From Macrostomum lignano (lineage: Eukaryota): DNA of 64,000 bases. Below the pieces are notes generated by a model. The model saw only the letters and a program-made list of their open reading frames with translations. It was not told the DNA's origin and ran no database searches. Location: contig NIVC01000196.1 in assembly GCA_002269645.1 (NCBI GenBank), positions 1 to 64,000 of the forward strand, written 5' to 3'. Positions 37,640 to 50,792 of the stretch are shown here, piece by piece; the stretch's first letter is position 1; every line of letters begins with the position of its first letter. Position numbers and translations under genes: made by a program.

Positions 37640-39772
37640 GTCTAGATAGGATAATGGAAGCTAAAGTTTATTTTCAACTTTAAAACAAGCAAGGGAAGCT
37701 TTTAAGTCTAGCAAGAGATTTTCTATACTATATGTACATTTTGTAGTTAGGAAAATAAGGTTTAAAGTTAAGTTGAAAATCCCTATCACTATAGTTCCTA
37801 ACCTTAAGAACTTGAGAGTTCCTTTACAATAGCTTTGAAAAAGGCAACATTCATTTCTACTATTCTACCCATCTTGTACCTATTAAAGTAAGGGCTCTAA
37901 TGATATTTTTAAGTCTAAGTCATATTAAGTAGCCAATACTACTAGATATAAGAATTAGATATGAGAAATATGCATTTTTATAACTATATCAATATTTATA
38001 TTGTTTAAAAACTTATGTATCTATATCTAGACATAGTTCTAGCTAATACTAGTCTAATAGTATCCTTTAATACTAATATATACATATAAATAATGTAAAA
38101 ATATTTTTTCTTTTCAGTTTATAGTCATCTAAACAATTTATGATTTAGAAAATAATAAATAATAAGAAAAAAACTGACACTAGTGACTAGAAGTAATATA
38201 AAGTAAGAAGCAACTTATATATTTGGTTAAATAGAAACTTCTTACAGTTTCCAAAGTTGAGTTTATAGAAGTATCTGGAAGCTTCTAGAAGGTTTTATGT
38301 TCAGGGGTAGGCCTATATAAAGGCCATTGACTGATGCAGAGCAACCCAAACTCAAGTTTCAGCTATAGTACTACAAAATACTATGCTATATGTTACCATC
38401 CAAGCCTTAAATCTAACTGTCTTCTTTATGACTTTAAAGTGGGTCTCAACACTGCTGAATCAAGTTTTATGGCGCACAACAATGGCTTAGCAGAAATTTT
38501 TGACACACTGTGGCGCATAGCAAAAGCTGATCAGAAAAATTTAGCTCACAATGAGTTAGATCTAAATATATAATCTGCATATGCAGTGCATAAAATATGG
38601 TTTTAGATTACATTTTTTTCAAGCATATCAATTAAAAAATTGTTTCTTGGTAAATAAAACAAAAGAAAAAGATCCAAAATAGGGTTTTACTGTAAAGTTT
38701 AAGCTGATTCTTTTGATAATTTTCTACACAAGCAAAAATAAAGCACAAAGTTTTGAGTTGAAAAAGCCTAAAAAGGTACAAAAATTTATCAGTTTTTTGT
38801 TGTTTTAATTGGACTTTTACCAAGTTTTTTAGTACTACAGCACATTAGTACTCTAGCTATGTATTTGTCAATAAATGAATGTAGGCCTTGGTATACAAAT
38901 TCATATTTTAGCTTTGCACACAGTATACACTCCAAAAATATACTGAAATATTCCTCCACACATGGGACACTTTCCTGAGTATGGGTTTTAATGTATAATA
39001 AAATATGAAAATTATTGTTACAACACAGGTTAACTTACAATAACAAGAAAAATGGAAAGCTTGCATGCATGGCAGCTGTCCACTTAGTGCTTAAATTGTG
39101 TGCACAGCAGCTGCATCTTTAATTTATCTTATAGGCCTTAGTATATCATATTGTTCCAATTATTAGAAATTATTATATGCATTAATAAAAATATTATACA
39201 TAGAATAAACAAGTAATAAATTATTAAAAAAGTTCTGTGAATAGCAATTTACAGATTTAAGGGAAAGGGTACTATTTGGTATTCATTATATTGCCTCTCT
39301 TGGCTGCTATGCAGTATGCATGCAATTAAAATACTAGATGGACAGCTACCATATATGCAATTTAAACACTATATAAATAGCTAGCTACCATGCATGCAAT
39401 TTAAACACTAGGACTTTGTGAATGGCTGCCATGTACAATGTAGTATGCAATGCAAGCAGTAAGCTTTCCATAAGAAAAATTATAATATTTACAATGCCTA
39501 CAATTCTAAAAATCATTTTCTAATGTTGTAAGCCAACTTTTTGCTATTGCTAGGCCTAAAATCTAGGCCTAACTAATTTAGGTTGTTTCAGCCGTAATAG
39601 GTTCAGCTTCATACTTAAATTTGCACCAATACCAAGGATTTGAATCAATGATTTGTTTGATAAAGATGTGGCAAAGTTTACCCCACCCTGTGAGTTATCT
39701 ATGGCCCAAACCCAAAAGGGTTGGTGTCTAATAATTTGCAAACGAAATAGCACTAGTGCCGCCTAAAATCTA

Positions 39773-39775
39773 TAC

Positions 39776-39828
<53 letters not shown>

Positions 39829-39835
39829 CATCTAT
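39773..39835. repeat. (TATC)n microsatellite
   Basis: Direct reading. Confidence 0.95.
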
Positions 39836-41681
39836 TTATAGGCCTATCTATAATCTATATTGCTTTTGCTTTTTAACTAAGACTATGGTGACTATATATG
39901 AACTAAATACTAAGCCCTATGCACATATTTTAGTGAAGTTTTAACTCTGTATTTTATAGGGCTAGGCATAAACTAAAAAATTCACATGGTCCCAAAAGTA
40001 TAAAAATTGACTTATGAATTTAATTGCAGAATTTTAGCAAACTATTTATGATCCTGCTGGACCCCGACAAGAAAAGTCCAGGAATTCATCGACGTCCTTA
40101 TATAGGACCGATTTACAAATTACATATCAGCAGGACTTAATTTTAAGGAAATTAAGCAAATTTTTCCAGGCTAATGTATCGAACATCAATCATTAAGGCA
40201 AGCCGACTTGGAGTGGATTTCTATGAAAAACACTCGGTTATTATAACAAAAGTAAATAACTTTTCGTCAAGTTCGATAAGTTTTGTATTACAAAAAGGGT
40301 ATATGAAGGTAGTAGCAAAGAATACTGTTCAAGCAGTCCAGACATTTTATCGAACCACGACGACTCAATTATTGGCTTTGGATTTTTCCGCACTGATTAT
40401 TTAGCGATGGTATATATGTATCTCGGCTTATGGTACTTAAAGTAGTTATCAAATATTTCGTTTTATTTGAAACTTCCGTGTGACCATATTTTAATTACTG
40501 ACCTATTATACTCATATTTCTAAGTTTATTTCAATTTTGCTATCAATTTTCTCTTAAACACGTCCCAGAATTTGACGTCAATCGTCAGCTTAAGTGTGTT
40601 CGGGATCCAATTCCAATTGGAAGTTTTAGTCAAATAATAAACATACCTGCTCGTTTTAAGTGTTAATAAGTATTGCAGTACTAGATAAATTAACATGGCA
40701 TAGCCAGTATCAAACTTTTTACTCCGGGGGGGGGGGTTGAATCGGCCTGTTGCCGGATTGACTGGATTGGCCAACTGTTGGCCATCAAGGGGTTGGAAGA
40801 TTCACCCTAAATAACTAATTGTAAGGTTGGGGGATTTTTTTGTAAAAAATAAACAAGACGGTCAGGTTGGTAAGAAATTTTACCAAATCAATAAATTTAC
40901 CTGGTTGTCAAATAGTTTTTAAAATGGAGGTTCGTGAAAGAGGAATTTTTATTACTCGCATTTGTTCGATATATATGCCGAGTGAAAAATTATTAATCTT
41001 ATATCGTAAAGATTAAAAAATCACATAAACAGTAGCTACGTACAATACTTGAGAGCAAAACCTGTTACCTGACGCCGGGAATTACATTTCCTAGCACAAA
41101 TTTAGCAGCAATTAATAGTTTTAAAAAGGTGGAAAAACAGCTAAAGAAATAAATATTACTCGTACTTGATTTCAGTGGCCATAACAATACTTAGGAAAGG
41201 CATCGAGTAGATGATATGAGCAGCTAGAGAGCATTAAGGCTTTCGGTAGTTAGCTTACAAAATAAATTAATTTGGTAAGCACTACAATAAATTTCGACGC
41301 TATATACACGACAGGAATCAGACAGTTGATGCGCATCGGCAAGCACAGAAGCCTATTAAAAACTTACACGCGAAATTTGATAAATTTACGATAAGCAAAG
41401 GGACTCAACTGCAATAAAAAGCTCGCCATTCAAGAACGACATAAAAAGCATAAAAAAGAAAGCGTCGTTCGCATAGCAGACAGACAGGCAATATGCGACG
41501 AAAAATCTGTACCGGAAAATTAGTACACCTCAGTAACGATCATAAGAAGATAATCTTTAATCAAGTAAATCCATTCTTTATTTAACTGCGATGCAAGTGT
41601 GTATTGTTTCCTAGAAAACCCTGAAGGCAACCATTTTCTATATAGAATACAAGTCAGCTGTCGCTCCCAAAGTGTCTGCTA

Positions 41682-41968
41682 GTGTTCAGTGTCTGCTAGT
41701 GTTCAGTGTCTGCTAGTGTTCAGTATCTGCTAGTGTTCAGTGTCTGCTAGTGTTCAGTATCTGCTAGTGTTCAGTGTCTGCTAGTGTTCAGTGTCTGCTA
41801 GTGTTCAGTGTCTGCTAGTGTTCAGTATCTGCTAGTGTTCAGTGTCTGCTAGTGTTCAGTGTCTGCTAGTGTTCAGTGTCTGCTAGTGTTCAGTGTCTGC
41901 TAGTGTTCAGTGTCTGCTAGTGTTCAGTGTCTGCTAGTGTTCAGTGTCTGCTAGTGTTCAGTGTCTGC
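41682..41968. repeat. 17-bp minisatellite
   Basis: Unit gtgtctgctagtgttca. Confidence 0.95.
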
Positions 41969-42769
41969 TCTAAAAGTGTCTGTTACCGAAGTGTCTGGCA
42001 CACGCAATAGCAAGCTTAAAACGACTAAGCTATCCGCGCAACAAAAAAGTCCCAAAGTTTAAGCTGGACGCTACAGAGAACAAAATTTACATGTACATAG
42101 CAAATTTGCTATCTAAGAGAGTCACGCAATACGCTTTTGAAAAGAAATAGAAAATATGCACTATATATACTACTATACTAGATAGACGAAAAGGCTAGGT
42201 TGCGCATAAAGACTGAAAAAATAGTATAAGAAACTGTTTCGCTTAAATTTTGCGTATTACTTGTAATAACATCTATCGCAGTGCATATAGTTGTAGTTGA
42301 AACAAAGTTGTAAAAGGGATAAAAAAATTTGAAAAACAAGTACAAAGAGAATATTAAAATGTCGCTGTGAATGGTGTTTTGTTTAAATAATAATATTAAT
42401 ATTAAATTGCATTGCGAGGGTGACGAATAAAAAACACACAGATCTAAAATATCATAGATTTGAGTATAGAAGCAATTACTAAGCGAGAAAGATGCGCTCA
42501 AATTGATTAAGTAGCACCGGCTATAAAAAATCAATCCCACAGATTTTTTCAACTAATCCTGTTCACTAACGCATCATCAGAATAGTTCAGACTTTAAGGA
42601 AGACCTGACATGTAGCTGAAAAAATTGTTGCTGGAACTCGTAAGCAGGTGTGATTTGTTTCACTGGGGACCCACTGGCAGTAAAATTAACATAGGGCCCA
42701 TGAAAAATCTAGAAGGGGTCACATGCGTGTCAGCTGACCTTCATGAAGAGAAAATGAAATCTACGTCTT

Positions 42770-43680
42770 CAAACCAGCTAATAGAATTCGTATGGGGGGG
42801 TAAATCAGGGTTGAAGCGCAGCCGGACAGCTGATGTCTATGGCCAAAACCAGCTGATAGAATTCGTACAGGGGAATGGGTTAAATCAGGTTGAAGCGCAG
42901 TCCTCCAGCTCAGGATGTCTATGGCCAAAACCAGATGATATAATTCGTACAGGGGAATAGGTTAAATCAGGTTGAAGCGCAGTCCTCCAGCTCAGGATGT
43001 CTATGGCCAAAACCAGCTGATAGAATTCGTACAGGGGAATGGGTTAAATCAGGTTGAAGCGCAGTCCTCCAGCTCAGGATGTCTATGGCCAAAACCAGAT
43101 GATATAATTCGTACAGGGGAAGGGGTTAAAGCAGGTTGAAGCGCAGTCCTTCAGCTCAGGATGTCTATGGCCAAAACCAGATGATATAATTCGTACAGGG
43201 GAATGGGTTAAAGCAGGTTGAAGCGCAGTCCGTCAGCTGAGGATGTCTATGGCCAAAACCAGCTGATAGAATTCGTACAGGGGAAGGGGTTAAAGCAGGT
43301 TGAAGCGCAGTCCGTCAGCTCAGGATGTCTATGGCCAAAACCAGATGATATAATTCGTACAGGGGAATGGGTTAAAGCAGGTTGAAGCGCAGTCCGTCAG
43401 CTGAGGATGTCTATGGTCAAAACCAGCTGATAGAATTCGTACAGGGGAATGGGTTAAAGCAGGTTGAAGCGCAGTCCGTCAGCTCAGGATGTCTATGGCC
43501 AAAACCAGATGATATAATTCGTACAGGGGAATGGGTTAAAGCAGGTTGAAGCGCAGTCCGTCAGCTGAGGATGTCTATGGCCAAAAAAGCTAATAGAACT
43601 CGTACAGGGGGGTGGGGTGGGCAATGCAGGTTGAAGCGCGGCGCCGGTCAGCTTAGGATGTCTATGGCCAATTAGTTAGG
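42770..43680. repeat. 82-bp tandem array just downstream of the DUF389 stop codon
   Basis: Unit tacaggggaatgggttaaagcaggttgaagcgcagtcc..gatgtctatggccaaaaccag..aattcg, about 11 copies. Confidence 0.93.
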
Positions 43681-43751
43681 GTATTTTTTAGAACACAAAT
43701 TCACTTTTTAAGCACTTAGCTAAGCTAAACTGATCATTCCTGTCGATAAAC

Positions 43752-44400
43752 TTAAACCGCAGAGGTGGTCGGCTTCACCGAAAATCGGCCGTGCTTTTTA
43801 CCCGTAGGCGACGCCGGATCAACCAGATCTAGCGAAATTGAAGCGCCGCTCGAGGAAGCTCCGCTAGGTTCTTGCTGCAGTTGGAACGGGCGCAGCTTAG
43901 CTGAAGGCGCCGAATTAGCAGCGGCGCCGCGAGCCTCGACGCCGGCCAGATTGCGCCGCTGCCGTACGCTGAGTGTCCGAGCAAAACGCTTTGCACTGGA
44001 GGGATCCACGGCTAGCGGGTCGGCATTGCTATTGGCGCAGATGGTCCGATAATTTGTGTCAGACATCACGCCGCCAAGTGTTTCAGTGAACTTTTCTACG
44101 ATGTTTTCGCCGCTAATAACTTTACGAAATGCGGCGTACTCCGACTGTAGTTGGGTGCGCGAATCGCCGTGCAGGCAGTCGTCATTCTCGCGGGCGAAGC
44201 GAATGTCGTGGCTGAAAAATTCGCGATTTACGTCGCTTCGCTCCGTCCTGTCAGGGGCGACCTCCTTCAGGGCTAGCCAGAAGTAGCTGCACAGCACGAT
44301 CAGGATGATGTTCAGCAGGCACAGGACCATGCTCTGGGCGCTCATGATCAGCAATTCGGAGGTGACACTGCACACGTACACTGGCGCAAACTCGAACTGG
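43752..44400 (-). CDS. DUF389-domain membrane protein, last exon
   Basis: Acceptor ccgcag|C (phase 2); SMVLCLLNIILI TM segment, LKEVAP, FFSHDIRFAR resemble eukaryotic DUF389 C-termini. Confidence 0.8.
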
Positions 44401-44514
44401 CTGCGGAAGGGGGGAGGGGCTCTGGTGCTGTTGGGGAAAAAACTGACAGCTGAATGGGTAAGGAATGCAGCTTTGATCGATTGATCGATTGATTGGATGG
44501 ATTCCTTATTAGTA

Positions 44515-44935
44515 TCCCCTCCGATCCTTAAGTGCCCGCCTGACCTTCCAATTATTCAGTGCCCCTGACCCTCCGATCCTTCAGTGGCCGCCTAAACCTC
44601 AGATCCTTCAGTGCCCGCCTAAACCTCCGATCCTTCAGTGCCCGCCTAAACCTCCGATCCTTCAGTGCCCGCCTAAACCTCCGATCCTTCAGTGCCCGCC
44701 TAAACCTTCGATCCTTCAATGCCAGCCTGACCCTCCGATCATTCAGTGCCCGCCTCACCCTCCGACCCTTCAGTGCCGGCCTAACTACAACCCCAGATCC
44801 TTCAGTGCCGGCCTAACTAAAACCCCAGATCCTTCAGTGCCCGCCTAATTTAAACCCCAGATCCTTCAGTGCTCGCCTAACTACAACCCCAGACCCTTCA
44901 GTGCCCGCCTAACCCTCCGAACTCTCCTCAGTGCC
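44515..44935. repeat. 27-bp intronic minisatellite
   Basis: Unit cctccgatccttcagtgcccgcctaaa. Confidence 0.93.
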
Positions 44936-44947
44936 CCAGCGGCTCAC

Positions 44948-45444
44948 TCAAAGTGCCGATAGACACAGTCGGGCGGATTAAGCGAGCCAGCAGACGTGGC
45001 ATTCGCAGCGGCCGCAGCTGCGGGACTAACAAGAGTCGGCGGCCGGAAGGCGGCCATCAGACAGTAGGCCAGCAGCATGCCGGAGTTGACAACGGGCGGC
45101 AGCAGACTGGCCGAGATGGCCACGCCGACATTGGCGGAATGGTCGCCCTGCAGCACGGAGACGGAGACGCCATAGGCCGAAGCCGAGGCCACGATAATGC
45201 CGAACAAGAGGCTGGCGTGCTGGCCCCTGTCAGTCATCTCTTGAGTTGGAAAAGCTTTAACGCCTAGCAACAACAGGGGTCCGATAAGCACGAATAGCAT
45301 GACGAACCCGGTTAGAAAGATGATGCCTGTGGCTAGCAGTGTGTTGTAGGCGCACCTTAGCACGGCTTTGACGCGGCCAAGACGCCAACTGAAGGTCAGC
45401 GCCAGAATTGGACCCATGTAAGGCGACAGGAGCATGCTGGCTAC
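44948..45444 (-). CDS. DUF389-domain protein exon (core)
   Basis: VASMLLSPYMGPILALTF, GVAISASLLPPVVNSGMLLA; acceptor atccag|GTA, donor GA|gtgagc. Confidence 0.9.
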
Positions 45445-45716
45445 CTGGATGGGGGGTTTAATGAAGCATTGTCTAAGTTGTTCGCTGCGAGGCTTTGAAT
45501 TTTCTATTAGATTGGCGTTGAAATTTTAGTCAGTTGACTAGCAATCAGCGCCCCAGTTGGGGAGGCAAGTTGGGGGAATAGAATATATACCCGGTTGAAA
45601 AAAATACTGGATTAGCCCATTGAAATTGGCCCGCTCATCGGCCACTTCGTGTCAGAAAAGCCCGCTCTAAAAGCCCGCTCATTTTTCCAAATCAACGAGT
45701 CTCTCAAATCGGCCCG

Positions 45717-46801
45717 TTCCACGGCCCGCTTCTGGGCCCGCTGGCTGGCCCGCTCACTGGCCCGTTCTAAACCGGCCCGCTGGCTGGCCCGTTGTTTGGC
45801 CCGCTGGCTGGCCCGTTGGTTGGCCCGCTCACTGGCCCACTCATTGACCCGTTCTAAACCGGCCTGCTGGCTGGCCCGCTGATTGGCCCCCTCATTGGCC
45901 CGTTCTAAACCGGCCCGCTGGTTGGCCCGTTGGTTGGCCCGCTGATTGGCCCGTTCTTAACCGGCCCGCTGGTTGGCACGTTGGTTGGCCCGCTCATTGG
46001 CCCACTCATTGACCCGTTGTAAACCGGCCTGCTGGCTGGCCCGCTCATTGGCCCGTTCTAAACCAGCCCGCTCATTGGCCCGTTCTAAACCGGCCCGCTC
46101 ATTGGCCCGTTCTAAACCGGCCCGCTGGCTGGCCCGTTGGTTGGCCCGCTGGTTGGCCCGTTCTAAACCGGCCCGCTGGTTGGCCCGTTGGTTGGCCCGC
46201 TGGCTGGCCCGCTCACTGGCCCGTTCTAAACCGGCCCGCTGGCTGGCCCGTTGTTTGGCCCGCTGGCTGGCCCGTTGGTTGGCCCGCTCACTGGCCCACT
46301 CATTGACCCGTTCTAAACCGGCCTGCTGGCTGGCCCGCTGATTGGCCCGTTCTAAACCGGCCCGCTGGTTGGCCCGTTGGTTGGCCCGCTGATTGGCCCG
46401 TTCTTAACCGGCCCGCTGGTTGGCCCGTTGGTTGGCCCGCTCATTGGCCCACTCATTGACCCGTTGTAAACCGGCCTGCTGGCTGGCCCGCTCATTGGCC
46501 CGTTCTAAACCAGCCCGCTGGCTGGCCCGTTGGTTGGCCCGCTGGTTGGCCCGTTCTAAACCGGCCCGCTGGTTGGCCCGTTGGTTGGCCCGCTGGTTGG
46601 CCCGCTCACTGGCCCACTCATTGACCCGTTGTAAACCGGCCTGCTGGCTGGCCCGCTCATTGGCCCGTTCTAAACCAGCCCGCTCATTGGCCCGTTCTAA
46701 ACCGGCCCGCTCATTGGCCCGTTCTAAACCGGCCCGCTGGCTGTCCTGTTGGTTGGCCCGCTGGTTGGCCCGTTCTAAACCGGCCCTCTGGTTGGCCCGC
46801 T
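45717..46801. repeat. Left subterminal repeat array of the CACTA element
   Basis: GGCCCG(C/T)T and TTCTAAACCGGCCCG motifs in tandem. Confidence 0.92.
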
Positions 46802-47126
46802 GAACGAACAAAAAAAATAAGTAAAGAAGCAAAATAAGCATGAGATTTCTAAGTCAGACCGATGAGCCGTACAATTAGCTTTTTTATAAAAACCGGGAAT
46901 ATACATCATCGGATCTGGTAAAAACAAAGTGATGTTAAGGTTAAAATTGAATACTAGTATTTTTTCATGGTGGCACGAATAGCTAAAAGAGCTAATATAG
47001 CTAATAGAGCTAAAAGAGCTAATATATAATAAAAGAGCAACCCTAGCCTCAGAGTCTATTCTCAACCCAAAGTAATGTTTGTCAGCATAGTGAAAAATTG
47101 TCACCACAATCGAGGCCTAGTCTCTA

Positions 47127-47498
47127 CTACTCGCTTTCCTCTTCATTTTCTGCGCAGGCGCCACTTTTCGCAGACGAACTCTCCCGATCCCGTACGGTCC
47201 TGGCTGTACGGCAAAAGACCTCGCCGAGTTCGGCGTCTGTGAATAGTTTTTTGTCCTCCTCTGAGACCAGTTTACTGGCCAGGTAGGACCGTATGGCCGC
47301 CTTCTTAGAGCTATCCAGCTCAACCCGGTTGGCCGCTTTCTCTCCTTTCACCTGTCGACCAGCCCAAGATGCGGTTCGCAGGTCTTGCTCAGGGCACACA
47401 GCAAGTATGACTAGCCGAATGGCTCGTCTGCGAATCTTGTTATTGTTTGCGGCTTTTCGCATTTCAACTGCTGCGGCTTCCAATTTTGTCAGGGCCAA
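47127..47498 (-). CDS. CACTA accessory ORF, BEN/DUF4806-like domain; probably a 3' exon
   Basis: RLVILAVCPEQDLRTASWAG..RVELDSSKKAAIRSYL..EVFCRTARTVRDR fits the BEN pattern (lf..eel...s..G..LDp.kl.aIr); no in-frame ATG at its 5' end. Confidence 0.6.
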   Translation of the reverse strand: MALTKLEAAAVEMRKAANNNKIRRRAIRLVILAVCPEQDLRTASWAGRQVKGEKAANRVELDSSKKAAIRSYLASKLVSEEDKKLFTDAELGEVFCRTARTVRDRESSSAKSGACAENEEESE

Positions 47499-48011
47499 CG
47501 GACAAACCGTGATTATTGGAACAAAAGGACAGCTGCGTACCGGTTGTAACCTACTATATTGTCAGGTAGAAATAAAGGCGTAAAGGAAGGCAACATATGG
47601 ATATAGACGTCATGTGACCGACGTTTGTTACTAAATATAAATATAATTTCCTATGATACCACATAGCAATGTGCAGTAGTAAGCAGTATAAGCAATATAT
47701 ATATTATATATAAAAGCAATAAAAGCAAAACACAGTTGAAGAAGGCATGCTGGAAAAGAGCAATTATGGCATATCCCGTCCCGTTTGAGCGAGGGTGTCC
47801 TCTAGCCCTCACCCCTTGTTGTAAACTGTAGTCATAAGTTTTGAATGAACAGGTGACATTTCTACTCAATTTAAAAAGCTTTAGAACTTTCGAATGTTTA
47901 CTTACTATAGTGATGTGAGTTCTAAGAAATTATATTGTTTTACCAGAAAGCCTGTGCAACGATTTTTCCTTCTTATTGGGACACCCTACGTACAATGAGT
48001 ACATACAATTC

Positions 48012-50792
48012 TCACGCTGCGTAAGAAAACTGAATATGGGGGAGGAATGCTACGTAGCGGTCGTTCACACAACACGTAGCGAGTACGTCGTTAGCAGGGA
48101 TTTCGAAGTAGTATTTGTCAACTGCGCAAAATGGATTGGCACGCAGGCGCCGAACGTGTGCGACTGAGCATCCGCCGTGGTCCGGTTCGCCAGTCAAGCG
48201 GTACAACGGATGATTGTCCTCGTGCGGCTCCACAGTCAGAAGGCGGCGTAGGCGAACCCATGCGCAATTGTCCCGGAGTTGAATTTCCTCAATTCGTGCG
48301 AATTCAAACGGCTGACGACAGTTAGGGATGAGGACAGTAACAAAGCACGAGGCGGCGCGCTGGTGGATCAGGCGAGGCAAGAATATTTCAATGCGTAGCC
48401 CGCTGGTCAGTACTGCTTTGCCATACCGTGTGTCACCGCCCGCCAATTGGCGGCGAATAGGATTGCGCAGTCGCACACCATCCGGCAGTCGAACCTCACC
48501 ATTTGGTGGTCCCTCGCTGAAGATGTTGGGGAGTTGCAATTCGGCCATCATTTGCCTTCGCGCCAATTGGCGCTGTAGGAGGCCGGCAACTTCGGTGTCA
48601 ACATTCCTGGAGCCGTGAATTTTGGTGCGAAGATTCGCATGCGACGACTCAAACAAGCCCGCAGACATCCTCCACATTGGCCCGTATAAAGTTACGTACG
48701 ATACAAAGTGCTCACAAACTTGGTGTGCATTGTACGTAAGGGCCATGTTGGAGTACATCTGAGGCAGCTGACTGTAAAAGTAGTGCAGAAGCCGGCTGGC
48801 TTTCATCACTTCCATTAGAGGCGCTCCATCCAATGTAAGCCAGAACATGGCCGTGGACAGTAGCTGAAGGTGCCAGTAGTAGCGGTCGGGCAGGATGCCT
48901 TCCATCACCATAGGGCCGTAGACGATTAACCATGCCTCAAGTTCGTGGCCCCGAAACATGCCGAGTTCATGGAAACTTCGGGGAGCACGTTGATGAGACA
49001 GGGGTACGTGAATCCGCGAAGAGGCAAGGTCCACATCTGCACGTCGCGAAACTAGATTGGGGTTATGCGCGTGGTACATGTCTGGTTTCTTAGGATGAAA
49101 CAGCTGTTTCAAAATCCAGTGAACGAGTCCAAGATAGCACTGATGAAGCAGACACGGTGGACACCCATGCATGTAGTCGAAACCGTTTAACTGGTCCAAC
49201 ACTGACACGCACATAACGCCCAGATAGTTGTCCTTGCCGACCGGGATGTTGTGCGCCAGTAGGCGCGTGTCTCGCAAGCTACGAGCGTGTGGTGTAATAC
49301 AACCGACTGCGGTTGCCAGCGCAACCGCCTCTTCTTTGCCACTGACTGGGTACCGATTGGCACCCAATGATCTCTGCGTCTTCACATAGCAGTTGTCGCA
49401 GCCGAACTCTGCATTGTGACGCTTTAGACCGACAACCTCAGCTCTCTGTGGGGCATCCAAGACGAATAGGTACGGGTGCAGTCGAAGAAGACCAGGCGCG
49501 TCGCCTTCAGTGCCACCACCTGTGCTGTAGGTGATCCCGATAGACCGGAGCTCATTCAGCTCTCTAACAAGGCCGGGAAGGAAGGTGGATGTCTTGACTT
49601 TCGACTTTGCAGCCCAGAAACCACATACGACGATGAAACGCGATTTCATTGCTTCGTGTACTTCGTTGATACTCAAGTACACTGGGCACATTTCCATCAG
49701 CGCGTCTGCAAATACTGGAAAGCCGTCGATGTTCACAGTATACGACAGATCTTGCTTCAAGTGTAGCCGAACTGAACGCTTGAAATGCCGATACTCGTCG
49801 CAACTGGATACTGAGACAAAATTACGATCTTCAGATGACAAATCGACAGGGAAAGTTACGCTCTGTAGAAGCCGGCACTGTTCAATTAACTGTCTGATTT
49901 GCAATTTAAAGTCGGTGGTATAAAACTTGGATACGCCGGCCGGCGACAGTTCCTTGTTACAATAAGTGCAATTTTCACGGTTCTGAGCCTGTGCTGACGT
50001 GACCTCAGCACTACAGGAGGAACAGAACAGTCGGGGTGGCGATGTAAAGTCGTTCGCGAATGCCTGGACTGTTTTCCGTAGTAAATATACACTACCAGGC
50101 AGGTTGCTACCGACTGGCACAGCTGCATGGAAGAGGCGAAGCAGGTCAGCTATGCCTTTCCTTGGCAGAGACTGGCGCTCGCTGAACAAATGCACATAGG
50201 CCGCAAACGAATCGTAGGTCAACGGAGAGTCTAGGAAAAGTGCGGCTCCATTTCTCCTACGCGGCTGCATATCCATAGCTTCTGGGTTATGGGTGGCTCC
50301 ATTGCCAACACACGGTACATCCTCATCCTCTGGTGGGCGGTCATCTTCAGTGAAGTCCTCACAATCGTCGCACTGCTCGATGGCGTCCAACGCCATTGGA
50401 GCGCCACTCCAATAGTCGTCATCTGGAGCTTCTTCGCCTGGTTCCTCAACGATAGATCTAGAAGATACGTCCTCATCGTCGTTGTCTGAATACTGCGAGC
50501 CGGTAGGCTCGACGACCATGGGAGTCTGGACGCCACTGCTACATCCACCTGTTGCCAATGCTGGCTGCCAGCTGCTGCCAACACTGGCTACACTGTTGCT
50601 TGTTTGCGCGTCATGAGTGGTTGGTACGTCATGAGTGGTCCGAGTTGCAGTTAGTAAATGGCTCACTGAAGCTTCTGCTCGTGTCGGACGGGCTGTCGCC
50701 GCAACTGTCTGTCTGAGTGATTCTTTGAGTCGACTGAAGCGCCGTGCGATGGCAACTGACTTCTTGTCGAGCTCTTTTAGTCGTTCAAGTGA
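48012..50792 (-). CDS. CMC/EnSpm transposase, open frame; likely joined to an ATG-ATG micro-exon at 50865-50870 via a 72-nt intron
   Basis: CxxC..CxxC, VNIDGFPVF (D), VLDAPQRA (D), HNAEFGCDNC, CLLH (C/DxxH), SAGLFES (E); frame stays open 42 codons upstream of the track ORF to acceptor ttttcag|TCA. Confidence 0.9.
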   Translation of the reverse strand, partial: SLERLKELDKKSVAIARRFSRLKESLRQTVAATARPTRAEASVSHLLTATRTTHDVPTTHDAQTSNSVASVGSSWQPALATGGCSSGVQTPMVVEPTGSQYSDNDDEDVSSRSIVEEPGEEAPDDDYWSGAPMALDAIEQCDDCEDFTEDDRPPEDEDVPCVGNGATHNPEAMDMQPRRRNGAALFLDSPLTYDSFAAYVHLFSERQSLPRKGIADLLRLFHAAVPVGSNLPGSVYLLRKTVQAFANDFTSPPRLFCSSCSAEVTSAQAQNRENCTYCNKELSPAGVSKFYTTDFKLQIRQLIEQCRLLQSVTFPVDLSSEDRNFVSVSSCDEYRHFKRSVRLHLKQDLSYTVNIDGFPVFADALMEMCPVYLSINEVHEAMKSRFIVVCGFWAAKSKVKTSTFLPGLVRELNELRSIGITYSTGGGTEGDAPGLLRLHPYLFVLDAPQRAEVVGLKRHNAEFGCDNCYVKTQRSLGANRYPVSGKEEAVALATAVGCITPHARSLRDTRLLAHNIPVGKDNYLGVMCVSVLDQLNGFDYMHGCPPCLLHQCYLGLVHWILKQLFHPKKPDMYHAHNPNLVSRRADVDLASSRIHVPLSHQRAPRSFHELGMFRGHELEAWLIVYGPMVMEGILPDRYYWHLQLLSTAMFWLTLDGAPLMEVMKASRLLHYFYSQLPQMYSNMALTYNAHQVCEHFVSYVTLYGPMWRMSAGLFESSHANLRTKIHGSRNVDTEVAGLLQRQLARRQMMAELQLPNIFSEGPPNGEVRLPDGVRLRNPIRRQLAGGDTRYGKAVLTSGLRIEIFLPRLIHQRAASCFVTVLIPNCRQPFEFARIEEIQLRDNCAWVRLRRLLTVEPHEDNHPLYRLTGEPDHGGCSVAHVRRLRANPFCAVDKYYFEIPANDVLATCCVNDRYVAFLPHIQFSYAA

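Noticed and set aside
42770-43680. CRISPR-like appearance of the long-unit arrays (also 21320-21800, 57115-57545)
   Set aside because: No unique spacers, no cas genes, eukaryotic intron-exon context
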